Positions 43,493 through 53,023 of a DNA stretch of 64,000 nt are shown one piece after another. The first letter of the stretch is position 1, and each line of letters opens with the position of its first letter. Made by a program: the position numbers and the translations under genes. The notes beneath the pieces were generated by a model. It saw only the letters and a program-made list of their open reading frames with translations, did no database searches and was not told where the DNA came from. Source of the DNA: Anaeromyxobacteraceae bacterium (lineage in GTDB: Bacteria; Myxococcota; Myxococcia; Myxococcales; Anaeromyxobacteraceae); the NCBI GenBank assembly GCA_047602405.1, contig JASGHJ010000002.1, positions 2,048,001-2,112,000 of the forward strand, given 5' to 3'.

Positions 43493-45264
43493 GGCGACGT
43501 GCTCCTCTCCGACGCCCCGGCCCGCGCGCGCGCCTCGGCGAGGCGGGCCCTGAGCTCAGGGTCGTCCGGGGCGAGGCGGGCCGCCTCCTCGAGCGGCCGC
43601 ACCGCCTCCGCCGGACGCCCGGCGTCGAGGAGGACCGTCCCGAGCGCCAGCCGGGCCGAGGGATCCTCCGGCCGCAGCGGCACCGCGGCCGCGAGCTGGG
43701 CCTCGGCCTCGCCGAGCCGCCCGCGCTCCGCGAGCGCTCCTCCGAGGTTGAGCCTCGCCGTGTAGCTCCGCGGGTTCGCGGCCACGGCGCGCGCGTACAG
43801 CGCGAGGGCCTGGCCGGGCTGCCCCCGGCCCTCGAGCAGCATCCCGAGGTTGACGAGCGCGCTCGCCTCGACGGGCGGCGCCGGGCGAAGGTCGAGGGCG
43901 GCGCGCAGCTCCCGCGCGGCGCCCGCGGCGTCACCGCCGCGCATCAGCGCCGTCCCGAGGTTGAAACGGACCTCGGCGGCGCCGGGCGACTTCTCGGCGG
44001 CGTCCGCCCAGAGCGAGCGCTCGTCCTTCCACGCCGGGAGGTGCGCCCAGACGAGGGCGGCGCCCGCGAGCCCGGCCGCGGCCAGCAAGCCCGAGCGAAC
44101 GGCCTCGGCGCGCGGGCCGCGCGCGAGCCGCTCGAGCGCCACGCCCACGGCGAGGCACGCGCCGGCCGAGGGCAGGTACAGGTAGCGCTCCGCGAAGCGC
44201 GCGCCGCTGATCGCCGAGGTGAAGAACGCCGGGGCGAGCGCCACGCCGAAGAGCACGAGCCCGAGCGCGGCCACGCGGTCCCGCCGCCAGGCGAGCACGA
44301 GCGCGGTCGCGAGCACCGCGGCGGCGAGCCAGCCCGCGAGCGCCGCTGAGGACGCGGCCGAGGCGGGCCAGGCGACGTCCCAGTAGGCGTTCAGCGGGAA
44401 CGGCGCGACGAGCGCGCGGACGTACCGCGCCAGCGAGACCGGCACGGTGACGAGCGGCGAGGCCACGGCGGCGCCATGCGCCCGGGGGAGCGCGAGCAAG
44501 CCCCCGAGCGCGTGCTGGCGGAGCACGAGGTAGAGCCCGGCGGCGAGCGCGAACGGCGCGAGCCGCACCACCCTCCGCGACCAGCGGTCCATCGGCGCGA
44601 GGAGCGCCTCCGCTGCCAGGAGGACGAGCGGCAAGGGCAGGACGACCTCCTTCGAGAGGCCGCCGGCGAGGTACGCGGCCGCGCCGAGCCAGGGCGCGGC
44701 CCGGCCCCCCGGGCGCAGCGCGCGGACGTACGCGAGGAGCGCGAGGAGCGCGAAGGCCGTCGCGAGGAGCTCCGGCAGGGCCGCGATCCAGAGCACGGCC
44801 TCGGAGTGGACCGGGTGGACGGCGAAGAGGACACCCGCCGCGAGCGCGGCGTCGGGCGCCGCCGTGCGATCGCCCTCCCGCAGCGCCCTCCCGAGCGCGA
44901 GGACGGCCAGCGGCACCGCCGCGTTCACGAGCACGTTGAGGAGGTGGTAGGCCCAGGCCACCCGCCCGAAGGCCTGGCCCACCGCGAGGTAGGCCACGTG
45001 CATGAGCGGGCGGTAGTAGTTCGAGGTCCCGGCCTGGTCGAAGTCCCAGACCCCTCCCCCGAAGATCTCGGGCAGGTGGCCCCACCCCGACAGCCACCGG
45101 TTCGCGACGACCTGGGCCTGGTCGTCCCAGACGAAGCCGTGTCCGAGCGACGGGAGGTAGAGCGCGAGCGACAGCGCGAAGAGCGCGGCAGGCTCGAGCC
45201 ACCCGTGCCGTCCGGAGAGGGGCGCCCCCGGAGCGGCGCCCTCATGTCCCTTTCCACGGGCCAA
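43489..45264 (-). CDS. TMTC-like GT-C membrane protein with TPRs (copy 4)
   Basis: FVWDDQAQV, YYRPL, HPVHSEAVLWI, SKE, AERYLYLPS, NLG TPRs. Confidence 0.87.
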   Translation of the reverse strand: MARGKGHEGAAPGAPLSGRHGWLEPAALFALSLALYLPSLGHGFVWDDQAQVVANRWLSGWGHLPEIFGGGVWDFDQAGTSNYYRPLMHVAYLAVGQAFGRVAWAYHLLNVLVNAAVPLAVLALGRALREGDRTAAPDAALAAGVLFAVHPVHSEAVLWIAALPELLATAFALLALLAYVRALRPGGRAAPWLGAAAYLAGGLSKEVVLPLPLVLLAAEALLAPMDRWSRRVVRLAPFALAAGLYLVLRQHALGGLLALPRAHGAAVASPLVTVPVSLARYVRALVAPFPLNAYWDVAWPASAASSAALAGWLAAAVLATALVLAWRRDRVAALGLVLFGVALAPAFFTSAISGARFAERYLYLPSAGACLAVGVALERLARGPRAEAVRSGLLAAAGLAGAALVWAHLPAWKDERSLWADAAEKSPGAAEVRFNLGTALMRGGDAAGAARELRAALDLRPAPPVEASALVNLGMLLEGRGQPGQALALYARAVAANPRSYTARLNLGGALAERGRLGEAEAQLAAAVPLRPEDPSARLALGTVLLDAGRPAEAVRPLEEAARLAPDDPELRARLAEARARAGASERSTSP

Positions 45265-45311
45265 GGCCGCGAACTCTCCCCGTCCCGTGTCCCCGCGTCA
45301 ACCCGGCGGGC

Positions 45312-48300
45312 TTACAGGTGGCAGCTCCTACACGCGGCCGCCGCCTTGTTCGCGGTGATGTCCACGTTCCCGTTCGCGTGGAGCGCCGGGTTGGTGAGCC
45401 GGACGTTCCCGCCTGCCACCGTGCCCGCCGCGTCGGAGTGGCAGAGCGAGCAGTCGTTCTGCGTCCCGAGCGACCCGTGCGCCCCGGAGTGCCACGCTCC
45501 GTTGAACGTCGGCGCGCCGTGGCAGCTCGAGCAGGTGATCGTCTCGCCCGTCCAGATCGCCGTAGCCCCCTTGCCCGTGTAGTCGAGGGTGTGGGTCACG
45601 TCGTCGGGCGTCGTCCACTGGTAGGTGCCCTGGTAGTTCCCGTGGCAGTACGTCGACGCGCAGCTCGCGGTGCCGCGGGTCCAGGAGGCCGCGACCGGCC
45701 CCTGGAGCGTCCAGGTCTTCGGGAACGACACGTCCAGCACCCCGTCCATGTGCCCGATGTTCGTGAGCGGCGGCGTGACGTGGCAGGCGTCGCACGTGTA
45801 GCCCGCGGTCACCGCCCCGGCGGTCACATGCTTCTGGTGCGCGCCGACGCCGAGCGTGGCCGTCGAGGTGTCGCCGTTCACCGCGGTGGGCGGCGCCGAC
45901 TGGACGTACTTCGGGTCCGCCGTGCCGGTGGCCGTGCGGCTCGAGTCGCCGTGACAGGAGGCGCAGGTGAGGTCGATGATGTCGAGCTTGCCGTTGATGT
46001 GGGTCGCGGCGTTCACCGACGACGACGTGTAGCCGGTGTGGCAGCGGCCGCAGTCCGGCGTCGCCGGGTGCGCCGGCCCGGGCGGCGGCGCCCCGTGGCA
46101 GCTGTTGCAGGCGGTCTGGCCCGCGCTCACCTGCGTCCACTTCGGCGTGGTCGCGACGCCGCCGGCGGCGAGCGTCGCGCCGTGGCAGTAGGTCGAGGCG
46201 CAGGTCGCGGCGTTGCGGTCCCACGCGGGCGCCGCGCCGTCGGTCTTCACGAAGTCGCTGAAGGCCAACTGGCGCACGCCGTCGGCGTGGAGGTTGGTCG
46301 AGGGCACCGGGTGGCAGTCGCTGCAGGCGAAGGCCCGGCCGATGTTCCCGGCGTAGACGTGCTTCTGGTGCGCGCCGACCGCGAGCGTGGTGGTCGCGCT
46401 CTCGTCGCCGGTGCCGGTCGGCGGCGCGGCCCTCTGGAGGTCGGTGCCGGCGCGGTTCGAATCGCCGTGGCAGGACGCGCAGCTGAACGCGAGGAGGTCG
46501 AGGTTGCCGTCCGCGTGCTTCGCCTTCGAGTACTGCAGCCCGGCGTCGGCCGGGTGGCAGCCGCCGCAGGCCGCGCGCTGCGGGTGCGGCGAAGGTGGCG
46601 GGGCGGCGTGGCAGCTGCCGCAGGAGGCCTCGGACGCGCCGCCGGTCCAGGCCGGCGTCGTGTGCGTGCCGCCGGGGAGCGTCGCGCCGTGGCAGTACGA
46701 GCTCGAGCAGCTCGTGCCGTTCCAGGTGGTCGTCTTCCCGTTGATGGTCTTGAACGCGGTCGCGACGGTGCCGTTCGCGTGCGAGAGGTCGGCCGGGACC
46801 GCGTGGCACGCGTCGCAGGCGACGCCGTCGGTCAGGGTCGAGCCGTTCACGTGCGCGGCGTGCGCGCCGACGGCGCGGGTCGAGGTCGCGGTCTCGTTCT
46901 GCGTGCCCTGCGGCGGCGCGGCCTTCTTGAGGTCGGCCGCGGTGTAGCTCGTCACCCGCGTGCCGTGGCAGAAAGTGCAGTTCTGCGCCCAGGTCGCCGA
47001 GCCGCCGAGGTGGCAGCCGGTGCAGGAGACGGCGACCACCCCGCCGAGGAGGTCGGCGCCGTGGCAGCCCTTGCAGCCGCCGAGATCCTGGTTCGCCTGG
47101 AGGCCGTGGTTCGTCGGGAGCACCCAGTCGGTCGGGTGGTACTTCGTGACGTCGACCGTGCCGTTCACGTGCTTGCCGCCCGCGAGGTCGATCGCGCCGC
47201 CGGCGGTGACCGTGTTCGCGTGGCAGGTGCGGCAGGCCGCGAGCGTCGGGTGCGGCGCCGGGGGCGGCGCGCCGTGGCAGGTGCCGCAGGCGGCCTCGGC
47301 CGCGCCGCCGGTCCAGGCCGGGGCGGTCTTCGTGCCGCCGGCGTTCAGCGTGGCGCCGTGGCAGTAGGTCGACGCGCAGGTCTGCGTGGCCGTGTACGAG
47401 GGCGCCGCGCCGTCCTTCGTGGCGAGCGCGCCCCAGGTGAGCTTCCTGACGCCGTCGACGTGCGAGAGGTCGGTCGGGACCGCGTGGCACTCGGTGCACG
47501 CGACGCCGCTCGACATCGTGCCGCCGGAGAGGTGGCTCTGGTGCGCGCCGACGGCGCGGGTGGAGGTCGCGAGCTCGCCCTGCGTGCCGACCGGCGGGGC
47601 GGGCTTGTTCGCCGAGCGGTTCGCGTCGCCGTGGCAGAAGGTGCAGTTCGACTGCCAAGTCGCGCCGTGGCACGTCGCGCAGGAGATGCCGGTGCCGCCG
47701 CCGGCGAGGTCGGCGCCGTGGCAGGACTTGCAGGAGGCGAGGTCGGCGTTCGCCGCGTAGCCGTGCACGGTGGGCGTCGCCCAGTTCGCCGGGTGGTAGT
47801 CGTTCACCTCCACGGTGCCGTTCACGTGCATGCCGTTCGCGACCTTGATGGTCACGTCGTCGTTCTCCACCGTGCCGGGGTGGCAGATGTGGCAGGCGGT
47901 GGACTTCGCGGTGTGCGGGGCCGTGGTGGGTGGGGCGCCGTGGCAGGTGCCGCAGTCGGCCTGCGTCCCGTCGACCTTCGTCCACAGCGGCTGCTGGAGC
48001 GTGCCCCCGGAGAGCGTCTGGCCGTGGCAGTAGACGCTGCAGGTCGCGTTCGTGGTGTCGAACGTGGGCGTGCCCTTCGCGCCGGCGAGGCCGGAGAAGG
48101 TCACCTTCACGACGCCGTCGGAGTGGAGCTGGTCGGCCGGGACCACGTGGCACGCGCTGCACTCGAACGCCTTCGACAGCGGGCCGGCGGCGAGGTGCGC
48201 CTGGTGCGCGCCGACCGCGCGGTCGGTGGTGGCGGTCTCGCCGTCGAGGCCGATGGGCGGCGCGGACTTGAGGAGGTCGGTCGTGACGCGGGTCGAGTCG

Positions 48301-48941
48301 CCGTGGCAGGTGGCGCACCCGCCGGTGAGGTCGACCTGGCCGTTCATGTGCTTCTCGGTCACCGCCGACGGCGCCGAGCCGAGCGTGAGCGAGCCGGCGT
48401 GGCACCTCTGGCAGTCGGTGCGGGCCGGGTGCGGCGCCTTCGGGGGCACACCGTGGCAGCTGCCGCAGGAGGCCTGCGGCGGGGAGACGACGTTCCACTT
48501 CGGGGCCGGGTTCGTGCCGTCGGCGAGCGTCGCGCCGTGGCAGTAGACGGTGCAGGTGGCGGTCTCGCGGTTCCAGCTCGCGGTGAAGCCGGCCGGCGCG
48601 GCGAGGGGGCCGAAGCGCACCGCGACCTTGCCGTCGATGTGGGCGAGCGGGTTCGCGGCGTCGGGCGCCGGGTGGCACGCCGCGCAGTCAAGCTTGGGCG
48701 AGAGGTGCGCGGGGCCGAGGACGTGCGCGGAGTGCGCGCCGACCGAGAGCGCGGTCGGGCTCGACTCGCCCTTCACGGACCGCGGCGGGGCCCCGCCGTC
48801 GCTCTCGACGCCACCGTGGCACCGGGTGCACTTCGACTCGGTGGCGCCCTCGGCGCCGACGACGGTGCGGGACTGGCAGCCGGCCCCCGCGACGAGCGCG
48901 GCAGCGGTGATCACCACGAGGTGGAGCGAGCGCGACGTCAT
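45312..48941 (-). CDS. Giant repetitive multiheme cytochrome c lipoprotein (35 putative hemes; CxxxxCH/CxxCH type)
   Basis: Lipobox-like AGAGC; 29 CX2CH, 2 CX3CH and 4 CX4CH counted; six modules each containing VGAHxxH. Confidence 0.92.
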   Translation of the reverse strand: MTSRSLHLVVITAAALVAGAGCQSRTVVGAEGATESKCTRCHGGVESDGGAPPRSVKGESSPTALSVGAHSAHVLGPAHLSPKLDCAACHPAPDAANPLAHIDGKVAVRFGPLAAPAGFTASWNRETATCTVYCHGATLADGTNPAPKWNVVSPPQASCGSCHGVPPKAPHPARTDCQRCHAGSLTLGSAPSAVTEKHMNGQVDLTGGCATCHGDSTRVTTDLLKSAPPIGLDGETATTDRAVGAHQAHLAAGPLSKAFECSACHVVPADQLHSDGVVKVTFSGLAGAKGTPTFDTTNATCSVYCHGQTLSGGTLQQPLWTKVDGTQADCGTCHGAPPTTAPHTAKSTACHICHPGTVENDDVTIKVANGMHVNGTVEVNDYHPANWATPTVHGYAANADLASCKSCHGADLAGGGTGISCATCHGATWQSNCTFCHGDANRSANKPAPPVGTQGELATSTRAVGAHQSHLSGGTMSSGVACTECHAVPTDLSHVDGVRKLTWGALATKDGAAPSYTATQTCASTYCHGATLNAGGTKTAPAWTGGAAEAACGTCHGAPPPAPHPTLAACRTCHANTVTAGGAIDLAGGKHVNGTVDVTKYHPTDWVLPTNHGLQANQDLGGCKGCHGADLLGGVVAVSCTGCHLGGSATWAQNCTFCHGTRVTSYTAADLKKAAPPQGTQNETATSTRAVGAHAAHVNGSTLTDGVACDACHAVPADLSHANGTVATAFKTINGKTTTWNGTSCSSSYCHGATLPGGTHTTPAWTGGASEASCGSCHAAPPPSPHPQRAACGGCHPADAGLQYSKAKHADGNLDLLAFSCASCHGDSNRAGTDLQRAAPPTGTGDESATTTLAVGAHQKHVYAGNIGRAFACSDCHPVPSTNLHADGVRQLAFSDFVKTDGAAPAWDRNAATCASTYCHGATLAAGGVATTPKWTQVSAGQTACNSCHGAPPPGPAHPATPDCGRCHTGYTSSSVNAATHINGKLDIIDLTCASCHGDSSRTATGTADPKYVQSAPPTAVNGDTSTATLGVGAHQKHVTAGAVTAGYTCDACHVTPPLTNIGHMDGVLDVSFPKTWTLQGPVAASWTRGTASCASTYCHGNYQGTYQWTTPDDVTHTLDYTGKGATAIWTGETITCSSCHGAPTFNGAWHSGAHGSLGTQNDCSLCHSDAAGTVAGGNVRLTNPALHANGNVDITANKAAAACRSCHL

Positions 48942-49045
48942 CTATCCCCCTGCTGCTCGGTGCGACCGCCCCCGCGGACACACCTCTGCCGGCGACACGC
49001 CGTGGAGAAGCTCCCCACCCCACGTGAACCCGGTGTGAAGGGCGC

Positions 49046-49087
49046 AGTGTAGGGAATCTCGCCGGCGGAGTTCTGGATCGGGATCAA
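49046..49087 (-). promoter_or_regulatory. FNR/CRP-family class II promoter for the giant cytochrome
   Basis: Minus strand TTGAT-CCCG-ATCCA (49074-49087), centred at -41.5 relative to a TACACT -10 box (49046-49051). Confidence 0.65.
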
Positions 49088-49249
49088 CTCGCGCACGCGA
49101 AACCCTCAGGTGCGCTGGGGTTCTTCCGAGCGGCACGAAGAACACGGAGAAGGGGGGCACACCGACCCCCCGATTGGAATGCCCCCCTCCGTCACGTAGA
49201 GCCGCACCCCTCCCCCGAGAACCGCGGCTCGACTGCTGCGAGACCCCTT

Positions 49250-49266
49250 AGCACGCGTCGTGCCGA
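49250..49266 (-). promoter_or_regulatory. sigma54 promoter about 300 nt upstream of the giant cytochrome
   Basis: Minus strand TCGGCACGACGCGTGCT (GG-N10-GC). Confidence 0.65.
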
Positions 49267-49329
49267 CGTCCGCGCGAGGCGCGTTCACGTGAATCCGCGG
49301 GCTTGGAGGCGAATGTGCGCGGGAGCGAA

Positions 49330-49375
49330 TGGGCCAAATGCCCCAGCGCGGGTCGGGGGTGGGGGCAAATCCCCA
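49330..49375. promoter_or_regulatory. Tandem UAS palindromes (30-bp period)
   Basis: TGGGC-CAAATG-CCCCA (49330) and TGGGG-GCAAAT-CCCCA (49360). Confidence 0.65.
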
Positions 49376-49435
49376 CCCACCTTCACCCAATCGATCGTTC
49401 GCGACGGCCGGGCTCCGCGCGAGCGCGCGCGCGGC

Positions 49436-50098
49436 TCACTTCGCGTCGACGCGCACGACCCCGTGCGCGATCGCGAACCTCACGAGCTCGGTCCGGTTGT
49501 GGACGCCGAGCTTGCGCATCACGTGCTCGCGGTGGCTCATCGCGGTCTTCACCGCGATCTCGAGGATCGCGGCGACGTCCTTCGTGCTCTTCCCCTCGGC
49601 GACGAGCCGGAGCACCTGCTTCTCACGGTCCGTCAGCGTCTCGTAGGGATTGGCGCCGCCCGCCTCGCCCGGCGCCGGCTCGACCGCCGCGCGGGCGACC
49701 GACGGATCGAGCACGAGCCCGCCGCGGTGCACGGCGCGGATCGCCGCGGAGAGCTCGGTCCCCGCCGAGCGCTTCAGCACGTAGCCCGCCGCGCCGGCGC
49801 GCACGAGGCGCCGGACGTACTCGGGGTCGTCGTGCTGCGAGAGGACGAGCACGCGCGCCCGCGCGCCGCGGCGTCGGAGCTCGAGGGCCGCCTCGAGCCC
49901 GCCCAGCCCGGGCATCGCGACGTCCATCACCACGACGTCGGGATCGAGGCGCGCCGCCGCGTCGACGGCCTCGCGGCCGTCGGAGGCCTCGCCGACCACC
50001 TCGAGATCCGGCTGCCGCTCGAGCAGCGCGCGCACGCCCTCCCGGAGGACCGCGTGGTCGTCCGCCAGCAGCACGCGGATGCGGGGCGCCTCCGTCAC
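49436..50098 (-). CDS. NarL/LuxR-family response regulator
   Basis: IRVLLADDHAVLREG, DVAMPGLGG, GYVLK, LTDREKQVL..AEG, KTAMSHR. Confidence 0.93.
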   Translation of the reverse strand: MTEAPRIRVLLADDHAVLREGVRALLERQPDLEVVGEASDGREAVDAAARLDPDVVVMDVAMPGLGGLEAALELRRRGARARVLVLSQHDDPEYVRRLVRAGAAGYVLKRSAGTELSAAIRAVHRGGLVLDPSVARAAVEPAPGEAGGANPYETLTDREKQVLRLVAEGKSTKDVAAILEIAVKTAMSHREHVMRKLGVHNRTELVRFAIAHGVVRVDAK

Positions 50099-51165
50099 GC
50101 CCTCTCTCCTGCCACGGGCCCGCGCCCGGCGCCAGGCAGCGGCACCTCGATCTCGACCCGGGTCCCCTGCCCCGGCGCCGACTCGATCCGCACCGCGCCG
50201 CCGAGGAGCCCTGCCCGCTCGCGCAGGCCCGTCAGCCCGAACCCGCCCCGCCGGCCCCGATCGCGGGGCGCGGCGGGGTCGAACCCCTGGCCGTCGTCCT
50301 CCACGGAGGCCACGAGCGCGCCGCCGCGCGCCTCCACCTGCACGAGCACCTGGCTCGCGCGCGCGTGGCGAGCCGCGTTGCCGATCGCCTCCTGGAGCAT
50401 GCGGAAGACGGCGGTCTCGGCCGCGCGGGGCAGCCGACCCTCGACGCCCTCGTCGAGCTCGCACCGGACCGCCACGCCCCGCCGCCCGAGCTCCCGGTCG
50501 GCGATGGCCTGCACCGCGGAGGCGAACCCGAGGTCGTCGAGCGCCCCGGGCCGCAGGTCCCGCACGATCCGCTCCACCTCGTCGAGCGTGCGCAGCGCGA
50601 GCGCCTTCACCTCGCCGAGCCCGGGGTCGCGCCCCTCCCGCAGGGCCTCCGCGGCGCGGTCGATCCCGAGCGCCAGCGCGGCGAGGCTCTGGCTCGTGTC
50701 GTCGTGGAGCTCGCGCGCGACGCGCCGCCGCTCGCCCTCCTGCGCCTCGAGCACCTCCCACACGCGGCCCGCGTGCGCGGCCTCCCGCTCGACGAGCGCC
50801 GCGCTCTGCGCGACGAGGCGCACGTGCTCCTGCAGGCCCTCGCGCATCCGCTCGAGCGCGCGCCCGAGCCGGCCGACCTCGTCGAGCCCGACGTCGGCGA
50901 CGGGGACCTCGAGCTCGCCGCGGGCGATCCGCTCCGCCTCCGCGCCGAGCCGCTCGAGCGGCGCGGTCACGCTGCGGGCCGCGCCCCAGGCGAGCGCGGC
51001 CGCGAAGCCGAGGTGGAGGGCGAGCACGGCCGCGAGCGCGCGGCCGCTCGCAACGGGCACGGCGCCCGAGAGCACGAGGCCGAGGAGCGCCACCGGCACG
51101 AGCGCGGTCACCGCGACGAGCACGAGCACGCGGGTGCGGAGCGGGAGCGCGCGCGGCCGGGCCAT
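50095..51165 (-). CDS. HisKA_3 sensor kinase with HAMP and no periplasmic domain
   Basis: ERRRVARELHDDTSQSL, QEAIGNAARHA, DDGQGF, GFGLTGLRER; two adjacent TMs. Confidence 0.9.
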   Translation of the reverse strand: MARPRALPLRTRVLVLVAVTALVPVALLGLVLSGAVPVASGRALAAVLALHLGFAAALAWGAARSVTAPLERLGAEAERIARGELEVPVADVGLDEVGRLGRALERMREGLQEHVRLVAQSAALVEREAAHAGRVWEVLEAQEGERRRVARELHDDTSQSLAALALGIDRAAEALREGRDPGLGEVKALALRTLDEVERIVRDLRPGALDDLGFASAVQAIADRELGRRGVAVRCELDEGVEGRLPRAAETAVFRMLQEAIGNAARHARASQVLVQVEARGGALVASVEDDGQGFDPAAPRDRGRRGGFGLTGLRERAGLLGGAVRIESAPGQGTRVEIEVPLPGAGRGPVAGERA

Positions 51166-51280
51166 GGCGGGCGAGTCTCGCACGCGACAGTGGGGCTTGC
51201 CAGGCACACAGGTCGGCCACCCCTTGGAGTCCGTCTCCGAGACCATGCCCGGCCCGTTGCGGTGACAGTAGGATGGCAAC

Positions 51281-52990
51281 ATGGCACCTTGCCGTTGGCT
51301 CAAGCTCGCCTTTCCGAAGGCCCTCGCTTCGGGGTGCGCCCTAGCCGCGTTTGTCGCGGCGACGGCATGGACGTGGCGCAGGCTTGGTAGTTTGGTGATC
51401 GACGGCGGCCGGGAACTCGAGGTTCCAAGGCGACTCGCCGAAGGAGCGCACCTCTACAGTGAGGTACGCTGGTACTGGGGTCCGCTGGCTCCCTGGCTGA
51501 ACGCACTGCTCTACCGGACCTTCGGGGTCCACGCGGACACTCTCATGTGGGCCGGGATCGTGACTGCCGGCTTGTGCTGTGCCGCGATCTACCTCCTCGT
51601 AGAACGCTTCTCGACCGCATGGGTCGCAGCCGCGGCGTCCCTGGCCTTCACTTTCGGGTTTGCCTTTGCAGTGCGCAACCCGTACGCGATTTTCAACTTC
51701 GTGATGCCTTTCAACTTCTCCGCGACCTACGGCATCACCCTAGCAATCTGGAGTCTCTATTTTGTCATTCTGCACGCGGAGAATGGACGCTCAGCGACGC
51801 TCGGATTGTCCGCCGTGTTGGCAGGCCTCGCTGCGCTCACCAAGGCAGAGGTCGGTATTGCTGTAACGGCAGCGCATGTCGCATTCCTCGTGACCACGTT
51901 GCCTCGGCCCGGCGGCGCCCGCGTCCTCTCCTGGGGAAGCGGACTGTTCGTGGCCGGGGGCGGCTACATCTTGGCTTACGTCGAGAGCCGGGGCGCCGTC
52001 TGGTCAAGCCTCCGCGAACTCGCCAATCCGGCGTCACGATTCTACGTCACGAACACCATGGGGCTCGATGACCTGATGGGAGGACCGATCAGACTCGCCG
52101 CATCATCGGTTGGCTTCGCGCTATTGGCCTTCCTGATCTGGCGAACGGGCGAGGTCAGCACGCCCAATTCGAGAGCCTGGAAGTTCCTCTGGGGATCTTG
52201 CGCGTGCAGTGTATCGTTCGCGCTCGCGGCCCTGAGCTCGAAGGTCGCAGCGATACAAGCCCTGCCGATGGCCCTCTTTGTCGGGATCGTGCATCAGGCC
52301 ATGGGCCGAAACGCGAACACCTCTCGATCGCGGTACATGCCAGTTCTCGCGCTAGCCTTGGCTGCCCTTGCTCGGATCCCGCTAAAGGTTGGGCCCGACC
52401 ACTACGGCTTCTATTTGCTCGTGCCGATGCTCGTCGCCGTGCCGGTAACGGCAGAAGCATTTGCGACTTCGAACACGCGGGTTCGTGCGCCCGCGCGCGC
52501 GGCCATCGGCGTCTTCATGATCGGACTCGCATTGAGCGGCATCGCTGCATCCAGATCATATTTGTCCGACCGAACAATGGATGTCCGCGCCCGCCGCGCA
52601 CACATCAGAGTGGCAACTTCGTGTGCGGAGGCGCAGTGGCTGCCCTGGCTCTCCGCTCTCCCGACAACTACCCGTGTGGCGGCGATCCCCGAAGGTGCGG
52701 GCCTCGTCTTCGCCGCAGGGCTGACCCCCACAACCGACGGCTTCACCTCCTACCTGCCTATGGAACTCTTCGAGCCCGAGCTCGACGCGAACCTCGCCGC
52801 CACCTGGGATGCATCACCTCCCGACGTGATCCTCTACAGGGCTCAGAATCAGGCACCGGTCTTCGGCTTCCTCGGCTTTGGCCACGACTACGCGTTGGAG
52901 GCGGGAGAGTGGATTATGCGCAACTATGCCCAGCGGGGTGACCTTGTCGATGGAATCGCGCTTTTCCTGCCAAGACACCCCGCACACTGA
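51281..52990 (+). CDS. Lower-GC polytopic membrane protein, ArnT/PMT-like GT-C candidate
   Basis: IDGGREL..P.RL..G..LY...YWGPL after TM1; LTKAE; many TMs. Sampled lines are 50-60% GC against about 77% in the next gene. Confidence 0.62.
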   Translation: MAPCRWLKLAFPKALASGCALAAFVAATAWTWRRLGSLVIDGGRELEVPRRLAEGAHLYSEVRWYWGPLAPWLNALLYRTFGVHADTLMWAGIVTAGLCCAAIYLLVERFSTAWVAAAASLAFTFGFAFAVRNPYAIFNFVMPFNFSATYGITLAIWSLYFVILHAENGRSATLGLSAVLAGLAALTKAEVGIAVTAAHVAFLVTTLPRPGGARVLSWGSGLFVAGGGYILAYVESRGAVWSSLRELANPASRFYVTNTMGLDDLMGGPIRLAASSVGFALLAFLIWRTGEVSTPNSRAWKFLWGSCACSVSFALAALSSKVAAIQALPMALFVGIVHQAMGRNANTSRSRYMPVLALALAALARIPLKVGPDHYGFYLLVPMLVAVPVTAEAFATSNTRVRAPARAAIGVFMIGLALSGIAASRSYLSDRTMDVRARRAHIRVATSCAEAQWLPWLSALPTTTRVAAIPEGAGLVFAAGLTPTTDGFTSYLPMELFEPELDANLAATWDASPPDVILYRAQNQAPVFGFLGFGHDYALEAGEWIMRNYAQRGDLVDGIALFLPRHPAH

Positions 52991-53023
52991 ACCGACATCG
53001 ATTGGCAGGTATACTCGCGGCGC

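Noticed and set aside
45312..48941. Repeated nucleotide words (gccgtggcag etc.) resembling a CRISPR or tandem array
   Set aside because: They are codons of repeated CxxCHG motifs in a coding gene; there is no repeat-spacer periodicity and no cas gene
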